A stretch of 64,000 nucleotides of DNA from the human T2T-CHM13v2.0 reference genome, Homo sapiens (GCF_009914755.1 NC_060927.1), one strand, 5' to 3'; positions 1 to 20,010 are shown, counted from the stretch's first letter. The notes: generated by a model not told the origin, from the letters alone. Numbers and translations are program-made.

Positions 1-31
1 CTAGTCCATTATTCATTAAAAGACAAAATGA

Positions 32-957
<926 letters not shown>

Positions 958-959
958 TT

Positions 960-2100
960 AAAAGACAAAATGTGGACACACACATGGCCCCAGCAAGCAA
1001 GATTGATTACTAACTTCGTGGTGGCGTGCACATGCACACGATGTTCCACAAGCTCATCATCTATTCGAGTCGAGAGTATTCAGTTATCAGCCTCAGAAAT
1101 CCAGAAGGAACCTCACATCCCAGGAGCCTCTGGCATTTCAGGGCCTTTCACTCCAAGGAGCCGCCTCCACCGGGCCTTCCCCAGCAGGATGTATATGGCC
1201 CTGTCTGTGTGCTAGGAGGAGAAGGGCAGGCCCGTGTGCTGTCTGGTGCTAGGTGTGAGACCACAGCCTTTCTGGAAAGGCTTTGTACTGTGCTGCTGGT
1301 GTGCAGACCCCGTGCGTGGTAGGGGCTTCAAGAATACGCATCAAATGAACCCGAACCCAAGGACGCTTGCTCACCTGTGTCATCTGGGGGTCTCCTTCCA
1401 CAGGAAGCACATCTGGGCAGAGTGAAGGCTCCCAGGGCTCAGGTCCAGAAAGAGCTGGAGGCTCCTGAGAGCAAGGGGCCCTACTCGGCCATGAGCCCAG
1501 AACAATGCGAGCTTCGCACACCGCAGGTGTGTGCGTGTGGGAGCCTCTTCCTGAAGCCTTGGGGTCAGGGGCCGGGGCCCAGCAGGCTGGGTTTATTGTC
1601 CATTGTCTCAGGCCGGGACAGGAAGCACTTTCTGTTCCCAATTGCTCGGGTGGATTAATTTACAGTGGGGAGCTCAGAGTCGCCCACGGCACCTGTTTTC
1701 CCCTCTGAGGGGCCAGCTTCCAGCTTGGAGGGTGTTTCAGGAGGGGTCTCCTCTGCAGAGACGTGGCCTCCTCCAGAGACCCTTGGCCACAGCCCCTGCC
1801 CGCTCCGTGCTGGGCCGAGGCCAAGGCCCTGGCAGCCCTGCCTGCTTGCCCGGGTCACGCTGCCCACCCACGGGGAAAGCTGAGCCCTGTGGAGTGCACA
1901 CCATGCTGTCAGCAGTGAGCCATGGTGAGGCAGCCTCAGCAATGTGTCTTCTCTTTGGTTGGGAATCCGCTCTCTCTTCCAGGTTCAGGGGCAGGTGATG
2001 TATGCTTGTTTTCATTTGGTGAAGATCGTGAGTCCCATTTTACAGATAAGGACGCTGAGGCTCAGCAAGGTTGACTACACAGGTCGCGAATGAAGTGGTG
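960..2100 (-). ncRNA. Possible 5' part of LINC01565 (C3orf27/GR6)
   Basis: Inferred from recalled gene order (GATA2, LINC01565, RPN1) and approximate distance. A strong minus-strand donor CAG|GTGAGC lies at 1377-1369. Exon structure cannot be confirmed from sequence alone. Confidence 0.3.
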
Positions 2101-2797
2101 GGATGCAAACCCGAGTCTGCTCCAGGTCCCAGAGCTCTCAACCTCAAATGTCTCAGGAGCCAACGAAAGCTTGTGACTGAGTGTCACCAGCTGGTGTACA
2201 AAGGGGGAGTGGCAGGAGGTGGAGGAGAACCCAGGGGTGCAGGCAGGGGGGACCCTGTGCCATCTCCAAGGGCAGCACTGCTCTACCCAGCCTGCCATGC
2301 CTTGAAGTAAGGTGGACCTTGTGTGGCCACATTTTTCCTTGTTAGTAACTCAGAAGATACATTTCTAGACACGGGGTAGGTCACAAAAGCCTGTCTGCAG
2401 GCGGCACATTGCTTTCCACCTCTGCTCTGTGCCACCATGCCAACACCAACAGTGAGCACCTGCTATATGCAGGTGCTGCCCGGGCACCTCCACAACGGGG
2501 ACCCATCCTGTGTCTTCAGGCCCCCCCAGGCAGCAGGCACTGTGCTTCCTGTGGACACACAGGGGACTGAGGCTCAAAAGAGCAGGCTCCTGACCCTGGG
2601 CACCAGGCTGGTCTCGGCTTGCTCACTCCACCCCTGCATCCCTGCATCGGTTTTTCATCACCACTAATGCAGGAGGCTGAGGAAGAATTCTGGAGTCTGG
2701 TGGAGGATGGGGAAGCTGACCCTATTTCTATAGGTACCTCCCTCATTTTTGTAGGATGGCTCCAAGTCAGCCACCGAGACTGCCCCCTCTGCACTAA

Positions 2798-3148
<351 letters not shown>

Positions 3149-4759
3149 TATGCCACTTGTGTACTCCACCAAAATAAGCTTGATTCCCTGACTTCGGTGG
3201 CTTAAGATGGCTGAGCTCTCACCCTCTCTGCCCAGGCCCCTGCCCACCTGCCCTCTGCCCCAACAGCCACCTCTGCTAGGCTGCTTCCTCCTACTCAGGC
3301 AGGGTGGATGGTTCATTGTGTGGCCCCGGATCCAGGTTCCCCCACTGCCTCCCTGAGTGACAGGGCTGCCCTTTGTGGAGGGGGAGATTAGAGGCGGGCT
3401 GGAGGCTGCGCAGCCCTCCCTGGATGACAGGAGACATCAGCCCCGCACACCGCAAGGGCCTGGAGCGAGGAAAGCCTTGACAGGCCTGGAGGGGATCCAA
3501 GAGGGGAGCCAAGGAGGGGGCAGGCTCCTCACACACAAAGGCCGGGCCTGTCTTCACACCTGCGGGGATGAACAGAGCCCAGGGCCGGGAGAGGTGGGGG
3601 CTGTGGGGGGATGAATAATTCGCTCTGAAAGAAGCATGTCACAGGGAGATAGCTCAGCCAGACACTTCAAATAAAGGCAAGCAGCCGTGGTGACAGGGGA
3701 CATTCTTTGCCACCGATGCACCGCTGGGACCTAAGAGCTGAGATGTTGTGAAAGAAAGGCGCCTTGAACCCTTCATAGTTATTTTTATTTTAAAAAAAGA
3801 GAGAGAGAGAGGGAAAATAACACCACAGAAGCAAGGATGGGCCTCGCAACGCGGAGAAAGGCCAGATAATGAGTTCTGGCACCTTAATTTCACTTTTGTC
3901 AGAAAGAACGGTGCTTCCTGGGCACACCTGAAGAACCAGGTCTGCTCATTCTTCCTGTCTCGGCATCTCTGGCCACCCTGTTCCCTGACCCAGGGCACCT
4001 CCACCCCACCACCCCTCCCTCCACAGACTCCTCCCCAGGGTTCCAGAGCCAGCACCGAAGGCCTCTCCTGCCATGAGGCCCACCCCAGCAAACACCTGGG
4101 TTCATGCCCCTCCTCCCAGGCGACCTCACTCAGTCCTCAGGCGGTGACCTCACCTTTTGACATACTTCTCCCCACCACTCAGCCAAGCCCTCAGGAGCGG
4201 GCAATCCCATCCCGTTCTGTCCCACACCCCTCAGTAGAGCACACTGTCCTGTACACAGCGGCCACGCACTACATGTCATTGATGAGAACAATCACAGTGG
4301 CTTCTTTTTTCTTGGGAAAATAAGACAATGAAGCTACAAATACTAGTATTCTCATGGAAAAAAATGATGCCCTCAGTGTCCACTCACAGAGGAATACCTA
4401 AATAAGTTAAGACTGAACCCAGCATGGGGCCATCTGGAGCCACACAAAAGAATGAGGCTGATCTAGATATGTTCATGTGTGTGGACATCACGGACTTCAG
4501 TGGGGACAGCTGCAGGATGGCACATATATACGCATATACACAAACATGGATATATATATATATATATAGCACAGAAAAAGGTCTGGAGGATTCCCCCAAA
4601 ACCATGAACCGTGGCTACCTCTGCAGTGTCAGGATTTAGTGAGACAAGGGGAGGTGAGGGAACTGCACTTATTATACATACTTCGGTATTATTTTAACTT
4701 TTTACATTGAGTACGTATTGCTTTTGTAATTGAAGAATATATATATATATATATATTCT

Positions 4760-5190
<431 letters not shown>

Positions 5191-5199
5191 AGTCTTTCT

Positions 5200-5395
5200 C
5201 TCTCTGCATATATATATGTGTGTGTGTGTTGCATATATGTATATATATATGAGAGAGAGAGTTGCATATATAGGTTTAGTTCTTGCTAAACCACACCAAT
5301 TAAGAATTAAGAATACATACATAGATGTGTGTATATATGTATATGTTGTGTATATCTATTATATATCTACATCTCTATCTCTCTCTATAGATAGG

Positions 5396-5441
<46 letters not shown>
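5200..5441. repeat. Compound TA/TG/GA/(GATA)n microsatellite
   Basis: Seen directly; (TAGA)n at ~5388-5441. Confidence 0.95.
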
Positions 5442-5442
<1 letters not shown>

Positions 5443-5923
5443 GTGTGGTTTAGCAAGAACTAAACCTTTTCCTAAGCTGGGACTCCGAGGCATGGCTTTG
5501 GTCCAGGAGGAAAGAAGCAGCATTGGTGAACCCAACTCAAGTGCTCAAGGACAAGAGGGGAAGGCTTGGCCCAGGCCTCAGCTACCATCCTGCTTTCCAA
5601 GGACAGCAAAAGTTCTGCCTGGATTCCTCCAAGCTGGCTTCTGCTTGTGCCTCATTGGCCAGAACAGGGTCACATGACCAACCTAGCTGCAAGGGAGGCT
5701 GGGAAGCAAGCAGGTTGTCCTGCCAGGCTTAGACCAGGCTGACTCTGACCCAAAGGACCTCCCACCTGCTTAAATTTCCTCTTGCTTTGGGTCTACTGCC
5801 AGTTTTTCTCTTCTCTTGAAACAAGAGAACTCTCTCCAAAGGCAAACCCCGTTTCTGTTCATGGAAACTCTCTCCAGCTACACCCTGGGAACGAGTTTCT
5901 GTTGGCATTATTCAGGAATATTT

Positions 5924-5925
<2 letters not shown>

Positions 5926-5980
<55 letters not shown>
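5926..5980. repeat. (TG)n microsatellite, ~27 units
   Basis: Seen directly. Confidence 0.97.
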
Positions 5981-5981
<1 letters not shown>

Positions 5982-6133
5982 TTTAATTTCCTCTGGACAC
6001 ATCAAAATTCTCTGCATTTCATTATCACCACCTGCCACCAGGAGGGGACAGGCTGCCTGAGAATGGAGCCAACAGGAAAGAATTCAGAAGGAAGCCCAGA
6101 TCTGAGAAACATGGAGTCCTGCTGACCCAATGA

Positions 6134-6470
<337 letters not shown>

Positions 6471-7059
6471 CAACTACCCCTGACTTTCTAAATGAAAGAA
6501 CCAATAAATTATTTTTCCCTCTTTATGTCAGTTTGGGTTGAGTCAGTCTCTTAAAACCAAAAAAAAAAAAAAATCCTGAGTCCTACTGTAGAAATTATCT
6601 TTGAGCTGAGTTTATTTAATATGTACCTTGAAACAGGGTAGTTTTATCCTGGTGGGCAGGTGTATGTGGTGGCTTCTGTATATATCTATATAAAACCCAG
6701 GTGTTCCTCGGGGTCGCCCTGACTTTGGAAGCTCAATGTGGGGCCATGCCACCGAGCCTTCATCCTGTGGCCTGTCCAGGGCTCTCTCCAAGATTTCTCC
6801 TGGTGCCCTGGTGGCTGCTCTTCTCCTGATCACCTGTGACTCCGTGTGGACCCACGTTCTCACTCATCTGCCACGTCCTTCATCTCTGCACCAGCCTGAA
6901 GGTAGAACTGCACTGCTTCTCCTTAATCCACCCTGTGCTCCCAAGATGGCTCACCTAAGACACCTGAGTGGATTTTACTGATGATTTGGGGCACTTTAAT
7001 GATAGCAGTGTAAACCTTCATCAAGTAGGAACACCCTAACTCACAGAGATTTATAGAAG

Positions 7060-7487
7060 TGTAAACCAGAGAGTATCTGGGGTAGGCCTCAATCAATTTA
7101 GAAGTTTATTTTGCCAGGGTTAAGGATGTGTGCCTAAGAGACAAGTCTATGCCTTTTTCCAAAGATGATTCTGAGCGCTCCAATATTTAAAAAGGAAAAG
7201 CCAGCTGGAGGGGACAGAGGGAAGGTGTGGTCTCATTACTGAATCCAAATGTTGCAAGAGAAAAGAAGCAGGTAGGGGCACATAGTCACTAATGAACTGG
7301 CCTGGTGCTCACTATAAGATAAGGTGAATGGAGAGGAGCTACCTGTGGAGATCTTTAACTTTTTATCTGTCACTATCTGCTTAGGAACAAAAGGAAAGGC
7401 AGCTTCTTGCATAACTCAGCTTTCAGCTTAATTTTTTTTCTTTTGGCAGAGTGAATTGGTGTTCTAAGTTTTTATTATCCCTTCACA
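7060..7487 (-). mobile_element. Solo ERV1 LTR, MER4A-like
   Basis: TG...CA termini (tgtaaacc...ttcaca). Contains ctcaatcaatttagaagtttattttgcc, which I recognise from MER4-group LTRs. Near-matching 4-bp flanks gaag/aaag. Confidence 0.75.
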
Positions 7488-7512
7488 AAAGCAATTAGGA
7501 GCCCAGCAATAA

Positions 7513-7933
<421 letters not shown>

Positions 7934-10741
7934 ATCAAATCATAGCTTATTTCTTCATATGACAGTTAGCTCTGTTTTCCCGTCTCCTTCCAAACCACAA
8001 CTCATCCCCTTCCAGCATACTTCAAGAAGGTGTTTTGTTGAGTAATGGGGGTTCCCTCCCTAAGAGGAATCCTGGCTCTGGCCATTTGGGCTTTACTCGT
8101 GTCTCCGGACTCTTGCATTCTCTCTTAAGCACAGGGATTACTAGATGTGTGGGGATCAAGTGTAAAGAACATGGTTTCTGAAACAGCAAATCAAACCAAT
8201 TTGATTGTGCAGGAGAAATAGAAGCCTGTCGACGTCTAATCTGAAAGAACAGCTATATTTACATACCAAGGCAGATTGCAGGTCAAAGTGTCATCAATTT
8301 GATGTTGATCAAATCTTGGGAAATTTCTGATGTGGTTTCTGGTGACACAGAGTGGCGGCAACATAGCCTGTGTGCAGGAGGCTTCTCACCTCCCCTAGGA
8401 AGAGTTGAGATATTCACAGCAACCCACAAGCAGCCTCCTCCACCAGCATGAATGGTGGCAAGGAGCATGGAGGCACCGAGCCTTGAAGAAAGAGGCTGGG
8501 AGTGAGGACCGTCTTAGAAAAAGGGGCTGACCTTCTTTGCCCGAGTTGTAGAGCTGTGGGGAACTCTGGGAACATCCAGATGCCTTCCGGGAAAGGGAGA
8601 TCTCCCCATCTCTGCATCCCACCCACACTCCCCACCTTAGCCACTCCCCGCCAAACCTCCAGCCCCAGCTGCAGTGCATGGTGGTGTTATTTCCCAACAA
8701 GGCAACAGCCTCCTCACTTGGTTTTCCTGACTCCAGTCTCTCCCCAACCCATCCCCGCTTCAGATGGCAGCAATTTTTCTAAAGCACAAATCTGATGCTG
8801 CTTAAAATTCACAAATAAGGCAAAGTCCACAGACGCTGAGACAGGATGCAAGGTCCTTCTTGGCCCACCCACCAACTGTTCTTGCCTCCTCTGCCTGGAA
8901 ACGCCCACCTTGAAGGTTGCAGTGGCCTCAGCATCCCTGTGGCTCTTCCGCCTGGGCCATTGTGGAGCCAAAGTCACGCCAAAAAAGAGCAGCCTGAAAG
9001 AGGCCCCTGCAGAGTGGGTGCTTTTTGAATGTCATCCGTTATTCAAGTTCTCCACCCTGGTTTCATCCTCCCCCAATCCGAGACCCTTTACCCCAACGTT
9101 GTCCCTGTCATTTTATTACTAGTCTCCATCCACCAGAAATGTGCCTTGGCACCTGCCTTCCATCGCCTTCGGGCACCTCATCTCATGCTGGACAGAGACC
9201 TTCCTGATCACCTACCCTAGCTGCACCTTGCCATCACTTGGGGAAACTAGAAAGTGGTTCTGATCTCCTCCATCTGGGGAGGGGCATTTGGAAACTCTCT
9301 GAGATTCCAGGGTGGAGACAGGGTGGAAACCCCTGGTGGGAGAACAGGGTGTGCTTGGGGCGTCACTAGCTGGTGGGATTCTTCAGGCCGCAGCATGCAG
9401 TTCGCAGTCTACACTTGCAGAAAAAAAACATCTGCCTGGATGGTTTCCTATTTATAGAGGACAGGGATATTCACATGGATGGATAGAGTGCATGAGACCC
9501 CTTGCTACATCCTTTTTCCCTGCACTTCCTCCCTTCCACCCTTCCAGCCCTGTGGGATCATGGTGGGGAAGGGGTCAGCCTCGGAAGATGCCCTTGGAGA
9601 AAGGCCTGGGAGATGCCGTGTGTGACCCGAAAGAGGTCAGGGGACATTTTACCTAAGACTTGCTTCATTGTTAAGTTTTTTTCTTAAAGGTGTTGATCTA
9701 CGCAGTGTAAACACTTGCAAGCTCCCATCATTGGTCACAAGGCTGTTTGTCTTGTAGTCATTGTTTATGGTTCTAGAAGGCTCTCTCCCCCTGGAGGGGA
9801 AGGGCCCTGGGACAGAGATCACAGGAGTTCTTAGGGGGCACTCGCTAGTAGCCTCCTTCCCTCTGCTGATGGGGCCTTCCTCCCAGGGGATCTTTGGGCC
9901 TTAATGCCGTGCCTTTGAGGCCTGGCCCAGAGCCCCTCAAAGAGCCAGGCGAGGAGAGCTGACCCAAGTGGAGTCAGGCTGAATTTTCCTTCTCAAGAGA
10001 AGCACATCCCAGCCACTGTCCTTTCAAAGGCCATCAGGCCGGCCGAAGACGAGGATGTAGCAGACTGGCTCACAGCAGTATCCACTGGGGCGGAGCTCCA
10101 GCCTGCAGCTGTGCCAGGGCCGGGCATCTCTTCCCTGAGTGGTGGCTGCCCCCATGAGGGCAAAGACTGCACTGGCTCTTCCTGTGCAGGTGAGAGCGGG
10201 CTGGGAGCAGGGACACCACGTGGAGGCAGCCCTGGTGGCAACGGGGCTCAGGGGAAGTTTCTGGGCACAAGGAAGCCTGGGGATGGGGGACTTAGGAGGG
10301 AAGCCCCAGCCAGGCTGCTGTGCAAGGGGGAGGCCCGTGGGGACCCTCTCCAGGAGTACAAGGAGGGTCAAGGGAGGGGCCGAGTCAGCTCTGTGGAAAG
10401 TTTCTTGTTTTTGTTGCTTGCTATTCGTTTTTCTCTTTTTGTTTTACCTTTATTATAAAAAACATCAAACTTTTATGAAAGTAAACAGAATAATATACTG
10501 ACCCCATATACCCCTGGGTTCAACAATTATGGACATGAGCCAGGGTCACTTCGTCTATTACTGCTGCACATTTGCCGCCCCCGTATCATTCTACAGCAAA
10601 TTGTATATATCATAACATTTCATTTGTAAGTCTTTTGGATGTTTATCTAAAAGAAAACAGAAACTTTTTAAACATAACCATAATACCATTATGACACCTT
10701 AGAAAATTAGTGCCATCTCCTTGACAGTCTCAGAAATCTAG

Positions 10742-11192
10742 TGTAATGGGTTAAGTTGTGTCCCCACCCCCCAACAGAAAGCTATGCTGCAGTCCCACTC
10801 CCCGGACCTCAGAATGTGACCTTATTTGGAGAAAGGGTCCATACAGAGGTAACCAAGCTTAAATGAGGTCATTAGGGTGGGCCCTGATGCAACATGATTA
10901 GTGTCCTTATCAAAAAGGGAAATTTAGACAGAAACAGACACGCACAGAGGGAAGACTAGCAAAGTGACACAGGGAGAACGCCACATGAGAAACGATGCTG
11001 CCACACGCTAGGGAAAGTCTGTGGCCACCAGAAGCTGGGGGAGGCAAGGAGGGACCTTCCCAAGCGCCTTTCCAGGAAGCGTGGCCCTGCCAACAGCTGA
11101 TATCTAACTTCTAGCCCCAGAATGGGGAGAAAATAAGTTTTTGTTATTCTAAGAAACCACTCAGTTTATGGTACTTTGCCCTAGCTAACTAA
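10742..11192 (+). mobile_element. MaLR solo LTR (MLT1B/C-like) within an old L1 fragment
   Basis: Contains cctcagaatgtgaccttatttgga and aaatgaggtcattagggtgggccct, typical of MLT1. Confidence 0.8.
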
Positions 11193-11304
11193 CCTGGTCA
11201 GTATTCAAATTTCCAATTATCTCACAAGTGTCACTTTTTTTGGAATCATGATTCAATGAAGGACCCCTGCTGCAACTGGTTGATGTGTCTTAAGACTGTT
11301 TTAA

Positions 11305-11550
<246 letters not shown>

Positions 11551-11664
11551 GTCTCCTTCCTTTCTTTCAATGTATTTGTTGAAGAAAACCATGTTGTTCA
11601 TCCCCTAGAGTTTATCCTGATGTGCTTTTGCCGTTTGCACCATGATGGCATCATCTAACACCTC

Positions 11665-11825
11665 ACGACTCAGGGTGAGTAGTCTGTGGGCCAGCAGCAC
11701 GGCCTCCCCGGGGAGCGTGCTAGCAATGCAGAATGTCTCAAGCCCCACCCAGACCTGCTGTACCAGACTTTTCACCCGGCAAGCCCGCCAGGGACTCATG
11801 AACACTCGGAAGCCTGAGAGTCACC
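11665..11825. mobile_element. MER5-like hAT-Charlie DNA transposon remnant
   Basis: ccagcagcac...tagcaatgcagaat...ccccacccagacctgctg resembles the MER5A consensus. Confidence 0.55.
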
Positions 11826-12000
11826 GGGCCGCACATTCTTTCTCCTTTGCATTTCCTGAATCGGTAGTTGGATCTATAGATGCTTGATTGGATTCAGATC
11901 TGATTTTTTTTTGGCAAGATCCTGTCTAGGTGGCAATCATTCTTTCATCAGGAGGCATATCATGGCTGCCTGTGCCTCTTTTATAATATTAGCAGCAATC

Positions 12001-12632
12001 GGCTGGGCGCCATGGCTCACGCCTACAATCCCAGCACTTTGGGAGGCTGAGGCAGGGGATCACCTGAGGTCAGGAGTTCAAGAGCAGCCTGGCCAGCATG
12101 GCGAAACCCCAGGTCTACTAAAAATTCAAACAATTAGCCGGGTATGGTTGTGCATGCCTGTAATCTCAGCTACTCAGGAGGCCGAGGCAGTGAGAATCAC
12201 TTGAATCTGGGAGGCAGAGGTTGCAGTGAGCCGAGATTGCGCCACTGTACTCCAGCCTGGGCAACAGAGCGAGACTCCATCTCAAAAAAAAGAAAAAAAA
12301 AAAAGAATTACCTGAGACTGGGTGATTTATTAAGAAAAGGATTTTGCCGGGCATGTAATCCCACACCTGTAATCCCAGCACTTTGGGAGGCTGAGCCGGG
12401 TGGTCACCTGAAGTCAGGAGTTCAAGACCAGCCTGGCCAACGTGGTGAAACCTTGTCTCTACTAAAAATACAAAAATCAGCTGGGCGTGGTGGCGAGTGC
12501 CTATATCCCAGCTACTCGGGAGGCTGAGGCAGGAGAATCACTTGAACCTGGCGGGTGGAGGTTGCGTGAGTCAAGACCACACCACTGCACTCCAGCCTGG
12601 GCGACAGAGTGAAACTCTGTCTAAAAAAAAAA
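12001..12632 (+). mobile_element. Two AluS elements
   Basis: Alu consensus at ~12001-12303 and ~12345-12632. Confidence 0.92.
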
Positions 12633-13155
12633 GGAAGGGAAAGGAAAGGAAGGGAAGGGAAAGGAAAGGAAAGGAAAGAAGGAAAGGAAAGGAAAGGAAA
12701 GGAAAGGAAAGGAAAGGAAAGGAAAAGGAAAGGAAAGGAAAGGAAAGGAAAGGAAAGGAAAGGAAAGGAAAGGAAAGGAAAGGAAAGGAAAGGAAAGGAA
12801 AGGAAAGGAAAGGAAAGGAAAGGAAAGGAAAGGAAAGGAAAGGAAAGGAAAGGAAAGGAAAGGAAAGGAAAGGAAAGGAAAGGAAAGGAAAGGAAAGGAA
12901 AGGAAAGGAAAGGAAAGGAAAGGAAAGGAAAGGAAAGGAAAGGAAAGGAAAGGAAAGAAAGGAAAGGAAAGGAAAGGAAAGGAAAGGAAAGGAAAGGAAA
13001 GGAAAGGAAAGGAGGAAAGGAAAGGAAAGGAAAGGAAAGGAAAGGAAAGGAAAGGAAAGGAAAGGAAAGGAAAGGAAAGGAAAGGAAAGGAAAGGAAAGG
13101 AAAGGAAAGGAAAGGAAAGGAAAGGAAAGGAAAGGAAAGGAAAGGAAAGGAAAGG
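12630..13155 (+). repeat. (AAAGG)n pentanucleotide, ~100 units, in an Alu tail
   Basis: Seen directly. A few AAGGG, AAAG and AGG variant units. Confidence 0.98.
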
Positions 13156-13535
13156 GTTTTAAACTGGCTCACAATTCTGTACAAGAAGCATGGTGCCAAC
13201 ATCTGCTTGGCTTCTGGGGAGACCTCAGGATCCTTCTAGTCATAGTGGAAGGAGAAGGGAAGCAGGCGTGTCACACAGCAAGAGAGAGAGCGAGAGCAAG
13301 AGAGAGAGAGAGATAGAGAAAGAGAGAGAATGGCGGAGGAGGTGCTACACACTGTTAAACAACCAGATCACGCAAAAACTCAGGGCAAGAGCTCACTTGT
13401 TATGAAGGGGATGGCCCAAGCCATTCATGAGGGATCCAGCCTCATGATTCAGACACCTCCCTCCAGGCTCCACCTCCAACATTGGGAATTACATTGCAAC
13501 GTGAGATTTGGGCAGGGATAGACATCTAACCTATA
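13156..13535 (-). mobile_element. MaLR LTR (MSTB-like), interrupted by the Alu and AAAGG tract; the rest is at ~12303-12345
   Basis: Contains tacctgagactgggtgatttat, ggctcacaattctg...aagcatggtgccaacatctgcttggcttctgg and ccacctccaacattgggaattaca...gagatttgg. Confidence 0.8.
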
Positions 13536-13755
13536 CGACCTGCATACTATCCTTGCTTTCTAGTGCTACTAGATGTCCTCATCTTGCTCCTCTTCTGCCC
13601 CAGACCTGGAATCAGCCATTTGTCTGCCAACCCCTGGTTTCTTTCAGTGGGGAATGGTGTTTAGAGAACACAATTAGAACATAAGGGTGCTTACCTTTGG
13701 CCTTGTTTTCAGGCCTCTCATTGAACAGCCAGGAAAAAATACACGTAACATCTTA

Positions 13756-14892
<1,137 letters not shown>

Positions 14893-15174
14893 TAAAAATT
14901 TCTAAATCCCAAATTACAGGATGTTTTAAGTGTTTCTGTTTAACACCTTAAAGCTGTTATGAGGAAAAAAAAAATATTGCAATGTAATTATACTCACCCA
15001 GATCATTAGAAGATCTATAAACATGTGTATATATTAATCTGGAGTCACTATAAGGAGTGAGAACAGTAGTGAAGCATGAATTTACGCTGAATGAGAAATG
15101 CCCTTCTTTCAGCTCTGTTAGCGAATCTCTTTGATTGTATGTTCAAATTCTTTTGTTTCATTTTCATTTTCAGC

Positions 15175-16620
<1,446 letters not shown>

Positions 16621-17360
16621 TATCCCCCTCTTTCAAGGAGGATGTTGAAGGCTTGAGTTAAGATTCACCACATGCAATAGGGATCAGGCCTCCACTGTCC
16701 TGTGCCCCACGGTCCCCAAGGAGAGAGATGGGGCCTGTGAAGGAAAAAGATGGACCTCAATAGAAGGGAGGCTGGGGCCAGAACCTGCATGGAGGCTCCT
16801 CCCACTGTGGAGAAGTTGCAGAGGGGAAAGTCGGGCCCCCTGAGGAAAAGCTAAGTGTGAGGAAGGGGAGTTTAGGGGTGTAGGAAGCTGAGGCTGTTGG
16901 AGAAAGCTTACCTGGGAAAGGGAGCCCCGTTAGGAAGAGGAGACCACGTGAAGCCGTTGTCCCGGAGGCAAGGGTGACACTGCTGGCAAGTCCTGTGGGC
17001 CCAAGCCCCAAGGACCTTCCTTTGCCAGGACAGGCAGATGCTAGAGCCAGCCTGGCCTAGGGTGCGGAGGCGACACCGCTCCATGCAGTCACTAGGGGTC
17101 CCTCTTAAGCTGCTCCTACAGCCCAGCCCTCAAAGGAACACCAAGTGGGACATGTTGCTGTTCCTGGCACTTAGGACAGTCAGGTCCTAAGAGGGCCAGC
17201 GGTCAAATGGGAATGTCAGGTTTCACTATGCTCACCTATGCCACACATCCTGGAAAATCAAGACCTTTTGAATCTACAATCCAACTTTAAGCCATTCCTA
17301 GGGCCCAACGTGGGGAAGTCACGTTCCAGAGAGAACCTTCACTTAAACATTTCATGACTT

Positions 17361-17650
17361 GGCCGGGCACAGTGGCTCATGCCTGTAATCCCAGCACTTT
17401 GGGAGGCCGAGGCAGGTGGATCATGAGGTCAGGAGTTCAAGACCAGCCTGAACAACATGGTGAAACCCCATCTCTACTAAAACTACAAAAATTAGCCAGG
17501 CGTGGTGGCACACTCCTGTAATCCCAGCTACTCGGGGAGGCTGAGGCAGGCGAATCGCTAGAACCCAGGTGACAGAGGTTGCAGTGAGCCAAGATAGCGC
17601 CACTGCACTCCAGCCTGGGTGACACAGTGAGACTCCATCTCAAAAAAAAA
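17361..17650 (+). mobile_element. AluS
   Basis: Alu consensus. Confidence 0.93.
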
Positions 17651-18349
17651 ATTCCTGACTTGACAAAAGGAGCCGTTTTAAGGATACATCCATGAGATTG
17701 TTTGCATTTGATTTCCCTTTTCAAAACCCACACACCAGAAATAATCAAGGAGGTAAACATAAAACCAGGCAGGAGCCCAACCTGCAAATGTCTCTTTGGG
17801 CCTGAGTTGTTGCCAGTTTCACAAAAATTCATCAACTGTCAAAGCAGAACTACAGCTCTATCTGCACTGCCCCAGGAAGAGCAGGAGCTGTCACTGTGCC
17901 CTGACTGTAAGAACGCAAAGTGAAAATCTTAGCCAGACTTCTCAGCTCCCCATCTATCTACAAATAAACCAAATAAGGAACCTAAACTTTAACTGTCCTG
18001 GCTCAAGACCACCTTTTTGGCTTATTAAAGCCAAGAGATCTTCACTGGAGGTCACACTGGGCACCGTTGGTCAGATGGAAGGGTGTAGGGAGAAGAGAAG
18101 AGGAAAAAGTGAGGGCAGAGATCAATGTTGAACAGCATTCTGAGTCACCAACCTGCAGATGTCACAAGGAGGCCTGTGGTGCCACGGGAAGGAAGCACGC
18201 TGACACACACATGCACAGGGTCTGCCCTGTGACAACCAGGCAAGGACTCCTTCTGTCTTAAGGACTCCTGACCTTGAGGTGGACACAGGTGCTCCTAAGA
18301 GCACCCGGAAGCCCCTGATCCCAAATACTTCCTCTGTGTCTGGAATTCC

Positions 18350-20010
<1,661 letters not shown>

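Noticed and set aside
12497-13316. Long ORFs of KERKG/FPFLS repeats (193-235 aa), and similar ORFs at 22897-23196
   Set aside because: They are translations of stop-free purine microsatellites, not genes.
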